NCBI GenBank assembly: GCA_024679065.1
Contig: JAGIQG010000003.1
Coordinates: 15,314,001-15,378,000 of the forward strand
Length of the DNA stretch: 64,000 nt
Direction of reading: 5' to 3'
Source of the DNA: Sphyrna mokarran
Lineage: Eukaryota
Shown here one piece after another: positions 24,901-37,500 of the stretch (its first letter is position 1; every line of letters starts with the position of its first letter). A program made the translations under genes and the position numbers. The notes beneath the pieces were generated by a model. It saw only the letters and a program-made list of their open reading frames with translations, was not told the origin of the DNA and made no database searches.

Positions 24901-27685
24901 TTTTGTCACCCTTAACACTAAACACGTTCACTGAATGATTTTTTTTAATGTTTTTTTTCCCCCCGAATGTTTTAGTCTAACCCGCCAACTTTGCTGGTCC
25001 TTTGCTACTAACAAATCCGCAAATAAATTTAAAAAAAACATTCAAACGTATCTTGGCCTATGCAGCAAGCGAAAACTCTACAAATGACCTTTCTTATGTT
25101 GTTGCTTAGCGAATCTCCATCTCACTGGCAGCTCAGTCCTCACCATCCTTCCTTCTGCAAGGTGGCGCTCTATGATTTGGTTTTACTTTGAACACTGCGA
25201 TGGCTGACTGTTACTGGCTGCTGAGAAGATTAATTTCAAAAAAGTGCCATTATTCGCGAACGTACATAAGGCCACGGCTTGGTTTTACCAAAAAAATACA
25301 CAAGCTAATGAATTACTAAGTATCATAGTTGAAACGTATCTTCGCTGGTGGGGATCAGCATTCTGCGCACTGCCAGTTCGGCAGTTAAGGTTATTCCAGT
25401 TCGCTGTTGTAAAACACCAACATTACGTTTCAGAGTATGATTGCTGAACTAATATTTACGAATGTAATTGCGTTTGGTGCTACATTGCGCTTTCCGGACC
25501 GGATGGACTTATCCCTTCCTCTAAGCCGTTTGCTTACCATATAGCACTGGCCTCTCTAACCCTAATCTTCGAATAAGCAGTTAAACTATCAATCTCACCT
25601 CGCGGAAGGTCAGTTTCTGTTATGTACTCTATGGACATCACAAGCATTCGTAACTTCAGCTAGCATGATGATTTGTGTTGTCTGTTGATATGTTGTCTGC
25701 TTAATGGGGCGGTCATGCAAGCTACAATGAAGAACAAAGCCCAACAGTTCCAACAAGCGTAGCTAAGTTAGTGGAAGCAGTATTGCCTGCAAATCTATCA
25801 AAGTAAATAGCAAAGAAGACAATCTGATTTAGTGAAACAGGCGTTCGGCTACAGTCATTAAACATAAGTAATTTAGATTTTTATTTTTTCTCCTCACTTA
25901 GCAATTTCTATCAGAGCATCTTGGAATGGAACTGGATTTTAAAAGCGGATGGGAATTAAATAAGGAAAGGCGCATAAAGAAAATCAGATTACATAAAATA
26001 AATTGTGTTCTTGTAGATTTAATTTCGCACTAAGTGGTTGGATTTAGAAGCATTGGTTATAATTCACAGAAAAGAACATAAATTAAAAATGATTTCAATT
26101 AATGCCAGCTATGAACGATTGTAATTGCAATGATATGAAACCACGAAGGCCTCAGCTAATGGTAAACACGCATTTCCTGCCCTTCCATATGAAAAAGTTT
26201 GAGAAATCTGTCATAATTGAATCTTTAAAAGGTATTTGCAATGAGGCCTAATTAAATAGATACATTTGAAAATTCTTTGGCTTTCAAAAATAATGCAGTA
26301 TTTATCAACGCATTTCCAGAAACAATCGTGTCTAAAAAGGACACATTATTCTTTCGCTAACTTCCTGTGAAGTCAGGCGGTTGTCTTTACCCGATGCATC
26401 AATTAAATGGCAGCGTTAATATTTATGTCGGGAGGGTAATCTTTTTTCATCTCTAATATTTTATGGCTGCTATTGCAAGCTCTGAAAAGTTAATTTAAAA
26501 TATTATTATATAGAGATCCAAAATTTGGGTTTTATAAATTTAGGTATGAATACTAATTACGTAATAAGCTAATATCAGCAGGGGATGCTTGCATCCATCA
26601 TTTTTATATTTCCAAAGGCAGTTTTCTGATGGCTTAATAGAGATGAATCCAGCAATGTATATTATGTATATATAATATGTATTATACATATATATCATTT
26701 TACTCCCTGTTTCCTTGATTATTTTATTATGTGACGTGTAACAATTTGTGGTATGAATAAAAATACTGAATGCAATGCATTGGATTTTGGAATCTTTAAT
26801 ATTGTACGAAATGTTATGGAACAGTTTGTAAACTAGGTTTTACATACGAATGCATCTTTCATAAATATCGAATATCTGTAACACGTAATACCGGTAATTT
26901 ACGTACATGCGGATAAATATGGAGATTGGGGATATATACATAAATTTATCGCAACTGCGAAGGCAATGAAGAGATAAATTTCTTATTTTGCTTCAATATC
27001 AAGTCTTACATAAAACAAAGTTACAATTTAACACGGAGTTCCAAGCTTGCACTACGATTTTTTTTTGACATAACAAGCAACACTTTGAACACTTCACTAT
27101 TCCGACTAGACTTTGGGACGAAAGGTTTGCACTGGATACAAAAAGCACATTAATAACAATAGTATCTGCTAGCTTTCTGATGCTCAGTTGAGACTGAAAT
27201 ACAAAGTAATTCACATTTTGGTACACATCGACTATAGTAACTTTTTTTTGCCATCCATAAACAAATAGTTGCGTTTTTTTTCCAACCGTCGCCCAGATAT
27301 GCAAATACCACGTTGACAAATCCCCTGTGATATGCCTATGTACAAGATTCAAACATTAGACTTTTAAACTAGTAATTCTATATTTACAAAAACGGAAAGA
27401 GCAAAGGCCGCTGCCAAAGAACACATGCAATTTCAGAGCTTTGTCAGTCCTTTCTTAAACCTAGCACTAGGCAATGGCTAGTGAAATAGCATCGTCCTAC
27501 ATGCATTTTAAAATTCGCAACTATGGAACCTTTCAAAGGTTTTGGTTTCTTCCTGTATTATTCCTCTCGGCGTCTATTGGCAGCTTTTTTTTTGTCTTTG
27601 ATTCCTCGCGATCGTAACTTTGGAGTCTTTTTTGAAAAGTTTTTATTTTGTTATGCTTTTGTGTATTTTTTTGATGTAGGTTTAC

Positions 27686-27883
27686 TTAAACGTACCATTC
27701 GTTAAAGTTCGATGAAAGCGTGCTGTGGTTGGATGTGTGGTGGACTGCAGACGATGTTGGGGACATTGAACTGTTGGTCTGATTTTCTGTTGTCGGCGAC
27801 ACGATGGTGGGGGGTGTTGAAGACTCGTAGCCAGAACTTGCCGCAGGAGAAGGCTGTGACCCTTGAGAAGATGCTTCGTGGAC
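27686..27883 (-). CDS. zic1: Zic1 coding exon 3 (C-terminus)
   Basis: Acceptor tttctttgctag then [30 protein letters not shown]...[10 protein letters not shown]; phase 0; the NFNEWYV stop is typical of Zic1-3. Confidence 0.96.
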   Translation of the reverse strand, partial: VHEASSQGSQPSPAASSGYESSTPPTIVSPTTENQTNSSMSPTSSAVHHTSNHSTLSSNFNEWYV

Positions 27884-28341
27884 CTAGCAAAGAAAAAAAA
27901 AATTCCACCATGTAAGGCTTAGACAACCACGGCGTTTGTGTAAAGCTTGATTAAGAATCTGAGAAGTATATATTATATACATACACGATAACAATAATAA
28001 AGCATTTCAAAAAATCCAACTCCTTTTTTTAAAAAAAACTGCTGTAATATTCCAAAATTGCTAAGCGACAAAGTAGCAAAAGGAAAATGCCCGAAATAAT
28101 TTCACACGAGGCCGAAAACTGCTGTAATTGTGAACGGTGTGCAGGTTTGACCTATGATAGAATAAAATATATTGAGCAGGCAAGGGATGGTATCTCTTTA
28201 ATTTAATGTGCAGAGTGTGGAAGCTGTCAGCTATTCAAGATGACCATTCAATTTCCTTACGCCCTCAGCGTTGTACTCACTTAATGCAACTGTAAATATT
28301 TCGCAATCCCACAGAGATGATTTTATTTATTTATTTATTTA

Positions 28342-28551
<210 letters not shown>

Positions 28552-30074
28552 TTAGCTCTTCTCAAATTCACCAGTCATATGTACATATATACGTTAATAT
28601 CACCTTCCTTTACGACCTTATATATCTCGAGTTTACAAAAAGAAAGCAAAGCAAAACAGGCACTCATTTTGGAATTCCCTCCCGTAGGCATCTGCGAACA
28701 TGCCTTGCAAACCGTAGATTTCCACAGCGGTATTTATTTTTTTTTCCCTAACCTTTTTTTTAAAATATATGTGGTGCACACAGCTGGGAATTTTATGAAG
28801 AATGAATAAGATTGATTAATAAATGTTGATTCTTTGCTTAATTTGTGACATCGTCAGTGGCTGGTTGCACTACGTTTGCAGCTGCCGTGGCGCCCTTCAC
28901 ACGAAGCTCTGACTTGCTTTATTTCCCTTTGAAAATTGCGGTGATGCGTTGAATAAAGTTGAAAAATATGTAACAGAACAGTTTTAGGTTTCCGATTCTC
29001 GCACGTAATACCGTCCCTCCCCGAAACAAGCTCTTGCTTCTGTGATGAACCTTTGCAACGCCAACGCTGAAATGGCGATTTCGAAAATGTAACGAGGATT
29101 TGCTAATGCCATTAACGTTTTCGCTTTAATTGAACCGTTTCCAATTCTGTTTATTTAGCGTAGGAGTTGGTGGACATCTCGTGCAGTGAAGTGAATTGTC
29201 GCTAAGTGCCCCTGGAGGTTTTATAGTCGAGAAAGTGTTAAATCTCGACTTTGCAAAATCTTTACAACTACCTAACCATTATATGTCATTAACATCGACA
29301 TTGTGGTCGTGTGCTATCTTCTCCACGGCCGCACATTGTGAACTAAGTTTTAACAAAACTGTAAGCCCTAGAGAGCCCAAAATGTATGTAAAGGTATACA
29401 TATATTATATAGAGATATACGCACACACACCGATATATATATACTACAGTATGCATGCATACACAGACAAATACATACGCACAAATATATTTAAATATAT
29501 GCGCCTGCGTATAAAAAAGTTAGCATTGCAGTTATATATGCACGCACTTGCAATCACATACAGATAGATATAAATATTCAAATATAAGACAGAAAAGAGG
29601 AAGCGAGAAACAAAAATATACACTCCAGTTGCTGCCTGCGAATTTTTAACGAAACTAAGCAAACCAGCAAGTAGATAATTCCACCCTCAAAAGAAATAAG
29701 CTTGGTGACAATTTAAATAAAAATAAACACATCACAATATATCTGTAGCTAAACCATTTTCCGTCAATGTTGGAATCAGTAAGTAATGCATTAAATGTCC
29801 TTTCAGGACGGCACAGAATCTAATAACACTCTACGTGTTTAAAAGAACGGCGCCCACAACATCAAAAATACAGAGCACAGGGAGTTAAGGGGAATCAAAA
29901 TACTTAAACATGCTAATTTTATTCTGATATAAATATTTATCTACACACGCATCTACAACACGTTTACTAAATAAATACTTGGAGTGTCCCATTTATTTTT
30001 TTAATGGAAAGTATGATTGAAACGGCTATAAATGCTTCGTAGCATTTCATTCTCTCTAAATACATTCGCCATAC

Positions 30075-31053
30075 CTGTGTGAGTTCTTTTGTGGATCTTG
30101 AGGTTTTCTGATCTGGCAAAGACTTTGCCACAGCCAGGGAATGGACAGGGGAATGGTTTCTCACCAGTGTGGACTCTGATATGATTCACAAGTTTATATT
30201 TGGCTTTGAACGGCTTCCCCTCTCTTGAACACTCTTCCCAGAAACAGATATGATTCGACTGCTCTGGTCCCCCAACGTGTTCCACCGTTACGTGAGTAAC
30301 CAGTTCGTGCATCGTGCTAAAAGTTTTGTTGCAGGATTTTTTAGGATTCGTCAACTGTTCGGGCTCTACCCATTTACATATGAGTTCTTGTTTAATGGGC
30401 TGCCTCATGTAACGAAAGAAGGCCCCGGCCCCATGGTGGGCCGCCATGTTCATGTTCATGGGGCCATAGCTGTGTAGCTGGGTCGAGGCGTAGTGGTCCG
30501 ATCTGGGACTAGTGACCTGGCTGTATTGGTCTGCTCTGCCATACATGTCCCCGGAAAAGCCTAAGCGCATTTGGCCGTTCATTACATGTGCATTGGGAGA
30601 AGCGTGGGTCGTCGCCTGCTCGTGTAGACCCGGGAAGAGTAGGTGCCCCGCAGCGTCAGTGTGTCCATGGGGTCCCGCAAAACTGCCCGCAGCCGCCGCC
30701 GAGGCGAACAGGCTGTGGCCGGCGCTGGCAGCCGCCGCCGCCTCCCCAAAGCCCCGATTGCGAAACAGAAAGTCCCGGGTCGAGTTGAACGCTGCGCTGC
30801 TGTACGAACTCACATGGCTGGGATGGTGACCGAGAGCGGCGGCGTAGCCTGGAGCCTGCGACGTGAAGGCAGTTTGACCCGAAGCGAGATCGTGGGTGCT
30901 GGGGCTGATTTTAAAAGCACCCATCCCGTCGGCGAAAGGATTGATCCCCAGCCCCACTTCCCGGTCGTTGACATCGCCTGTTGAGTGATGTCGGGATGTT
31001 CCGAAGGTAGTCACTCCAAGAGTAGGGTACTGAGGTCCAGCGTCCAGAAGCAT
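30075..31053 (-). CDS. zic1: Zic1 coding exon 1 (N-terminus, ZOC, ZF-NC, zinc fingers 1-3)
   Basis: [18 protein letters not shown]..., [36 protein letters not shown]2H2 fingers, donor ACAG|gtatgg; spliced CDS 1341 nt = 446 aa. Confidence 0.97.
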
Positions 31054-31439
31054 CGTCTGGCGATGGGGGTACAGAAGCAAAAATGATACAAATTTTGTAA
31101 TAAAAAAAGACGCTACAGACAATTCACAACGAAACTTGCTTAATACAAAATAGTCTCAGAGTCTGTTTGGAGGACTTGCAAAAACTCCTTTTTGTTTCCC
31201 CTTTTTTTTCTCCCCTCCTTCTCCCTCTTCTCTTCAGCGTGTGGGAATTTGCTGAAAGGTATTTTCTTCCCCCCTCTGCAAACGCAAATCATGCAATATT
31301 GTCTTTTGCGGTTTATCTTCCTGGGGAGAAACTTTCACCTCATCAGCCGGGCGGTGAGCTCGAGAATGATAGCGGCAATCATTCCTGCAGATAAATGAAT
31401 TGAAGAGACAACACCATCCCCTTGATGAATGGGAGTTGG

Positions 31440-31565
31440 GGGAGGAGTCACGTGGCGGAGGGCGTCTCTGCCCATTGGTCAGGCCCGTGCTGCCCCGTTG
31501 CGCCAGGCCGCCAATCACAGGCGCCCGCCCTTGCTCCCGCCGCCTGATTGGCCCGCTCGCCTCAT
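31440..31565 (-). promoter_or_regulatory. Zic1 proximal promoter (GC-rich; E-box, three CCAAT boxes, GC box)
   Basis: CACGTG 31449-31454, ATTGG 31474-31478, CCAAT 31511-31515, GCCCGCCC 31523-31530, ATTGG 31547-31551; ~400-500 bp upstream of the ATG. Confidence 0.7.
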
Positions 31566-34500
31566 CAATCCCAGGTATTGTACGCGCATGACAGTGGCTC
31601 CTGATAAATTATTGTCGAGTCCAGATTTCCCTTTCTTTTTCACTCTCTCTGTTTTTTATAGATATAATATGGGAAGAGGAGTGGGGGGGGAGGGGGTTGT
31701 GGGGGTTGGAGGGGGGAGAGAGGAGGTGGGGGTTGGTGGTGCAAAGAGAGTACTGAAGAGGGAGAGAGAAAAAAAAACTCTTGTCTTCTTCGACTTCACA
31801 AATCAGTCACCCCTTGTCATGCCTGCTTGAGATTCGTTAATGTGCCACAACTCCAGACGAGGGGGGAAAAAAAGCGGGCGGCTTCCTTTGTTGTTCAGTA
31901 GCTTTTTGATCGCCGGTGAAAATTCACTTACCCAGATGAGTGAGCAAAAAGAGAAAGAACACTCTCTTGAATTGGGTTAGGAAAATGCATATGTTTGGAT
32001 TCAGTGCAAACATACAACACTTGGTTGTTTTTTGAAGGCGAAACCCTTGATTAACCTGTCTCTCCCCATGTAAAAGGCGACTGAAAACATCTTGCTTGGG
32101 CCTTTTTTTTAAACCACAGTGACACTGAATCGCCGCTATACATATCTATAGGCTCTCGAACAATTGCAGAATAGCTGCGAGTAAGGATTCCCCCCTTTCT
32201 AAAAAAAACAGATTTGCTTCTTTCATCGATTATGGACAAAGAGAGCGAAAATGCGTTATGAATACTGTCAGCTAAGAAAAAAATATAGCTTATTTCCACC
32301 TCATGTTTTAGTTTATTCCTTGCCATTCACGGCCCCAAATTTGTTAAAGTCCATCTTCTGTGTTTCTGCAAAGTAATTTAATTATTTACGTGAGGCCAAT
32401 GGTTTGCATATTCATTAAGTCTAATTATATTCTAGTAATAGAAACGTAAAAAAGCCAACAAAGAATCGGAATCGTTCAATTTACCTTTTGTTCGCCACTT
32501 CAATGGATTTCCTTGAAGCTAAATCTGTGTGTTAAAGTCTTATTTTATTACAAAGAAGCCTTGCCGCATCCTTCAATAATTATCTCCGTTAGCAGACCAT
32601 CACTTTTTTGAAGGGCACTTTGAATTAGTTGCTATGTTTCCTGTCTTCCCACTTTAGCATTTTCCCCCCTTATCGAACAACACATTTATACGAACACTCT
32701 GGCTTGCTTACGTTTTGTTAAAAAAAACTCATACATCTTAAAGGTTTTCATAGAAAGTACAACAGGTTAATCTTTAGTGGGGGGAAGGGGGAGGAAAAAA
32801 TATTGTTCGCGCGGAACTATTGGCGCAAGTGTGTGGCAATGAAGTTCCAGTTATATTTTTCAGCCGCATTTTTCTGCAAGGAAACAAGTTTAACATTAAA
32901 TGTTAGTAAACTGAGGGGAGGGGTAGGGGGGTGCAATCTCCACGATTGCAGTGTTGTAGCATCAAAGGGTTTAAAATGAGTGGCTGTTAAGTGCATATTC
33001 CCAATTTACGACGACTTGAGGCTGTGCTCATTTTGCTGATGACTATTAGGGCGGCGTGGCTGCTTGCTAGAGAATTCCAAGTGCAAGTTTTTAGGTGCTT
33101 TGACGGTCCTTGTGCGAGGGTGTTGCCAGTTAACCTGGCTTTCCCGATGCAACAGATTCCAAATTTGCAGTGCACATAATGAAATGTTTTTTTTCACCCT
33201 GCTTCGGTCCTTGTATCTGCGCCCCAAGAATTAAGTGGAACGCGATATTGACTTGCTGAGTGAGTACAATAGCTAACATCACGGCATTGCTCTAAATGAT
33301 GCAATATGCTGAAAACATGGATATTAAAATCACAGCAGTCTAGTAGCAGAAGCAGGCGTAATTTGATTCAAAAAGATTTACTGCGCGCTGATAGAGTGTG
33401 CAAATTCTAAAGGGACACTTTAAGAGTATGAAAAGTAAACGTTTCCCATAGCATTATCTTTGGGCTACCATCTCCGAATATACAAAGAAGGGCTGATTTT
33501 AAAAGTTGTGGGATGGTGGAAGTTATCAAGTGGGATTTGCGGCGCTCTCCGCAGGAAACGCAGGCTGCTTGAGTTCAAAGCCACATGCACCGACGTGACA
33601 TATAAGCCATTAAAATATCATCCTGACGGCTCATTTCTGCTTCATCATACATTCCCTAACTGCTTCCAGAAACCTTGAAAAGGCGAAATGAAGAATGGCT
33701 ACCTAGACAAAGCTCCAAAGTAGATTTTTTTTTACTTCGAAGTTACCTGAATTAAACGATCGAAGGCATCTTCTTCAACAGGTGGAGGACGGTAAGAGAG
33801 GCACGTGTATTCGACTGACTTTTACTAAACGACTCCTGACCTCTGAATTTCCATCATCTTTCATGTAAATGCAATTGACTAAAAAGAGAATGGAGATATC
33901 AGTCAGATTTTTGTTTCCTCAGAATAGCCCTTGTCAGGGGCCATCATGTTGTAATAAAAGCAATCTAGGTGCGAATGGCTCTGAATTATACATTTCCATT
34001 CGAATGCACTTGTGTGAACCGATATTTTGCCTCGGATTGTTTTCAGTCGATGGATAGCAAAGCAGTTAGTTGTTCTGTGGAAGGGAGGGTCGTGGGGGGA
34101 ACGTTTGCCTCGGGGTTGAAGTGTTAGTTTACAAAAGGAATTGTTTTTACTCGCTTTAAAGCGCTGGCTATTTTCATCCAGTCCGATTTAAAATTTAAAT
34201 TTGATTTATACCTCGGAAACGAAGTTAATCGTTCAACCGCTTATTTGCGACGAACATATATATCGTATACGTTGCTGCCATTAAAGTCGAGTTTTACAAC
34301 TCTGCGCATTTTTGTACCCAATACGGTTTATTTTTCGGATGCGCGAATGTATATTTGGAAGTTCTTCAGTTTGTGAGTTGAGCAACGCGTGACCTTTATC
34401 CCGCGTTCTCTTGATAAGTAAACGCTTTCGAATATTTGAGATAATGAATTGGTAGTTGCGTCCACGCTCTCCTTAAACACAAATTCCCACTAATGGAACG

Positions 34501-37500
34501 CCATTTAAGTGAATTCAATTGTAATGCAAAAGTTATCTTGCAAATTTGTTCCTGATGACTGACCCCAGCACCGCATGTTTAATTGATATCTTTTTCTTCT
34601 CTCTCCAGATCTGCTTTTCCTCATTGTTCGAAATGCAATAATGCTAAATGTCACCCCATAGTTTAGGATTTTTCTCATACAGTTTCAGGGACTCACATAG
34701 TTTTTTTTCCCGTTTATCATACTTATCACTGTTTAAACTGATCCCAATCAAGTTAGTCACTTGGCTTTTGCGCGCAAGAACAGCTCTGAAGTCCCCGACT
34801 TTTGAAATACCATATCTTTTGACCCCTGACCCGTGACCGACCACATGTGCCAGAGTCACACAATGCCACACAATGCATACCTCGGAAAATATTAGCTGTG
34901 TTGAAAGAGTCGTTGGCTAAAGTGGATGACAATAGTTCAATATATATACGCTCTTTATTTGGACCACGGAACGGAATGCAATTTTCCTGCTATTAAATCT
35001 ATTCGCTAGTTAGGTACGTTGAGATTCCGGTGTTGGGTGCTTCATTGATTTGTTTCTCATGTGGCGGTGTTTTAACTTTCTTTTTCTTCTTATTATCATT
35101 CAGGCAAGCGAGATTATGAATCATTTTTTACACATGCCCTTAAATAAATCCTCATCAAAGCAAACCCCAAAATTAAACTCGTCGTCAACAGATATCTGGG
35201 CAAACTCAAATAAAAACTCAGCTCCGCTCAAACTTATTAGTTCTAATAGTGCCCAAAGCCAAGCGTTTAAACATTTTATTATACTTCCGATTAGGCAGAC
35301 ACTCACATTTCTAGTATTTTGTTTCAAGTTGCCCGTGGCTTTGAATTAAAATTCCAACTGCCTGAGGTTCGCCTTAGAAACTTTGGGCGGGGGGGTGTGG
35401 AGGGGGGTGGGGGGGGAGGTGAGTGGGGGAAGTTTGAAGGTCACCCTTGCCTTTACCCATTATCCGCCTGCTTGCCTTGAGATCTGTGCATCACATCACT
35501 ATAAGAGATGTGATTGGTACTTTGACCGATTTGTTGTACAAAGATATTTCCATTTTTTGGAATTACTTCCAGTGTGTGTGTGTGTTGTGTACACACATAT
35601 ATACGCTATATACATAAATATATAGAGAGAGATGGAAAAAAATTATCTACGTAATATTTTCACGTAAATTTCGCGTTACCAAATTTGTAGGTCCTTTACG
35701 CAACGTATCGGGGAGCCCCGATGTTGAAATAAAATATTCTGACACTAGTTCCTGTATCTTATTTTACTGAATTTATTCTTGGGCTGTAGATGGTTTAAGG
35801 ATTGCGTCAAAAGTTCAAAGCTAGAGATTTCCAACTTTTTGGAAAGGACGAACTTTTTTCCCATGTATTTATTTTTCGATGTGGACAACTGTGGAACAAT
35901 AGTGTGAAAGGCAGTTTTACTGGACACACTCCTGCAGTTTTGAAATGTATGCTTTCCATCCACTTAACTAAAAAAACACATCAAAAACAAGCTAGCGTAA
36001 AATCCGCCAGGACACGAATGTTTTCACATTGTATGTGGAAGTTCACTAAATTTTCTGAGTTCTGGGGTTGGCACACCGAGTTCATGAGACATTGTACCGT
36101 CTAGCCATCAGCAATATTAGGTTTAATATTAAGCATACAGACCTAGAGCAAGATCTGAAATGTCACAACTATATTCTGCAGCTAGCATGGGATTGGGCCA
36201 ATTTGGAAAAATATGTAAAAATATATCAAAAATCAGAATAATTAAGTACTATGGCAGTTAATAGATCAATAATTTATTGTGGAAAATGCGTTCATATAGT
36301 AAGTCTTGTTATGGTATTGTTAGTGCACTTTACATATTAGCAGCCTCTCAGTTCTTCAACAGGACAAAATGTTATCCCATTAAATTTAGCCAGGTATCCA
36401 GAGTTACGCGAGCTAGCTACGTTCTTGTGGCTTCATGACCTGATTTGGAGAAATTGAAACCAGCAACAAAACTAATCCTGTTATTTTGTTAACCATGTTA
36501 TTTATTTAAAGAGCAAATGTACCTTAAAGCATCCGCCCACTAACTTTCAACTTTGTTTTACTGGATTCGTTTGATCTATCTATCTATCTAAGTATCTGGG
36601 AGTTCAATCATCTGGCTGTGTATTCGTCTGCCTCATTGTACCAAAAAGTTATTACGAAAGCACTTTTTTTTGTAAGTTGTCAAACATCCCGTTGTGTTGC
36701 TGGCCTGTTTGAGGCAATATAATGCAATAGAAGAATCTAGGAATCCCTTCCAAAACTGCACTTACAGTGAAGGGTGCCACTGTAAGAAAAATTTACAGGT
36801 CTAAGCATTAATTTGAGGGATTACTGATGCACAACACACACACACACACGCACACACACACACAAAATCATGTTTCTAAAATAGTTGCTTCGGCACAGTT
36901 TTTCTTGGAAATTCTTTCTATTGATACTGTTTATTAAAAACTGAAACTGCCAACCCTGGTTTTTCCCCTCAGAACTATTTAACACACTGTGTCCATAATC
37001 AAATCCAGCCGTCACCAGTTTTAATACAAGTGCAACGTTTAACATCATCAAATTGTGAACTTGCAGCTAACTGCAAAATTCGAATTGCACCCATTGAAAT
37101 ACAGGCCTGCTTGCGACTGAAGGAACTATTCATTTTTAATAATTCCCGTGATTACGTTTAAAAACACTTTCTTACTGAAGAACTGCTTCAGGTTTTACCA
37201 TGGCATCATTGCTCCCTCAGTATGTGGAGAGGAACTGAAAGTTGTTATTTGCTCAATTGGTAACTTATTAGCATGTAGACTTACACTGTCTTCTGCATAA
37301 ACCTGAATACAGAATTGTTTTAAAGCAATCGTTGCCCCTGACGAGATTACTAGTATAAAACACTTACCTATGAAATTAAGATCAAACACAATTTTTTTAA
37401 ATTCCTCTCTTAACTCTTGGTTTTCAATCTCCAGTCTCTATCGTTGTCACTTGCAGTGTTTTATGTGTCACATACTGTACAAATTAGTGACAGTACATCC

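Noticed and set aside
30250-30984. Antisense ORFs over Zic1 exon 1
   Set aside because: Expected shadows of GC-rich coding sequence; no independent evidence
31054-31122. N-terminal extension of Zic1 in the ORF track
   Set aside because: Begins at a non-ATG codon; the conserved Zic1 start MLLDAG is at 31053
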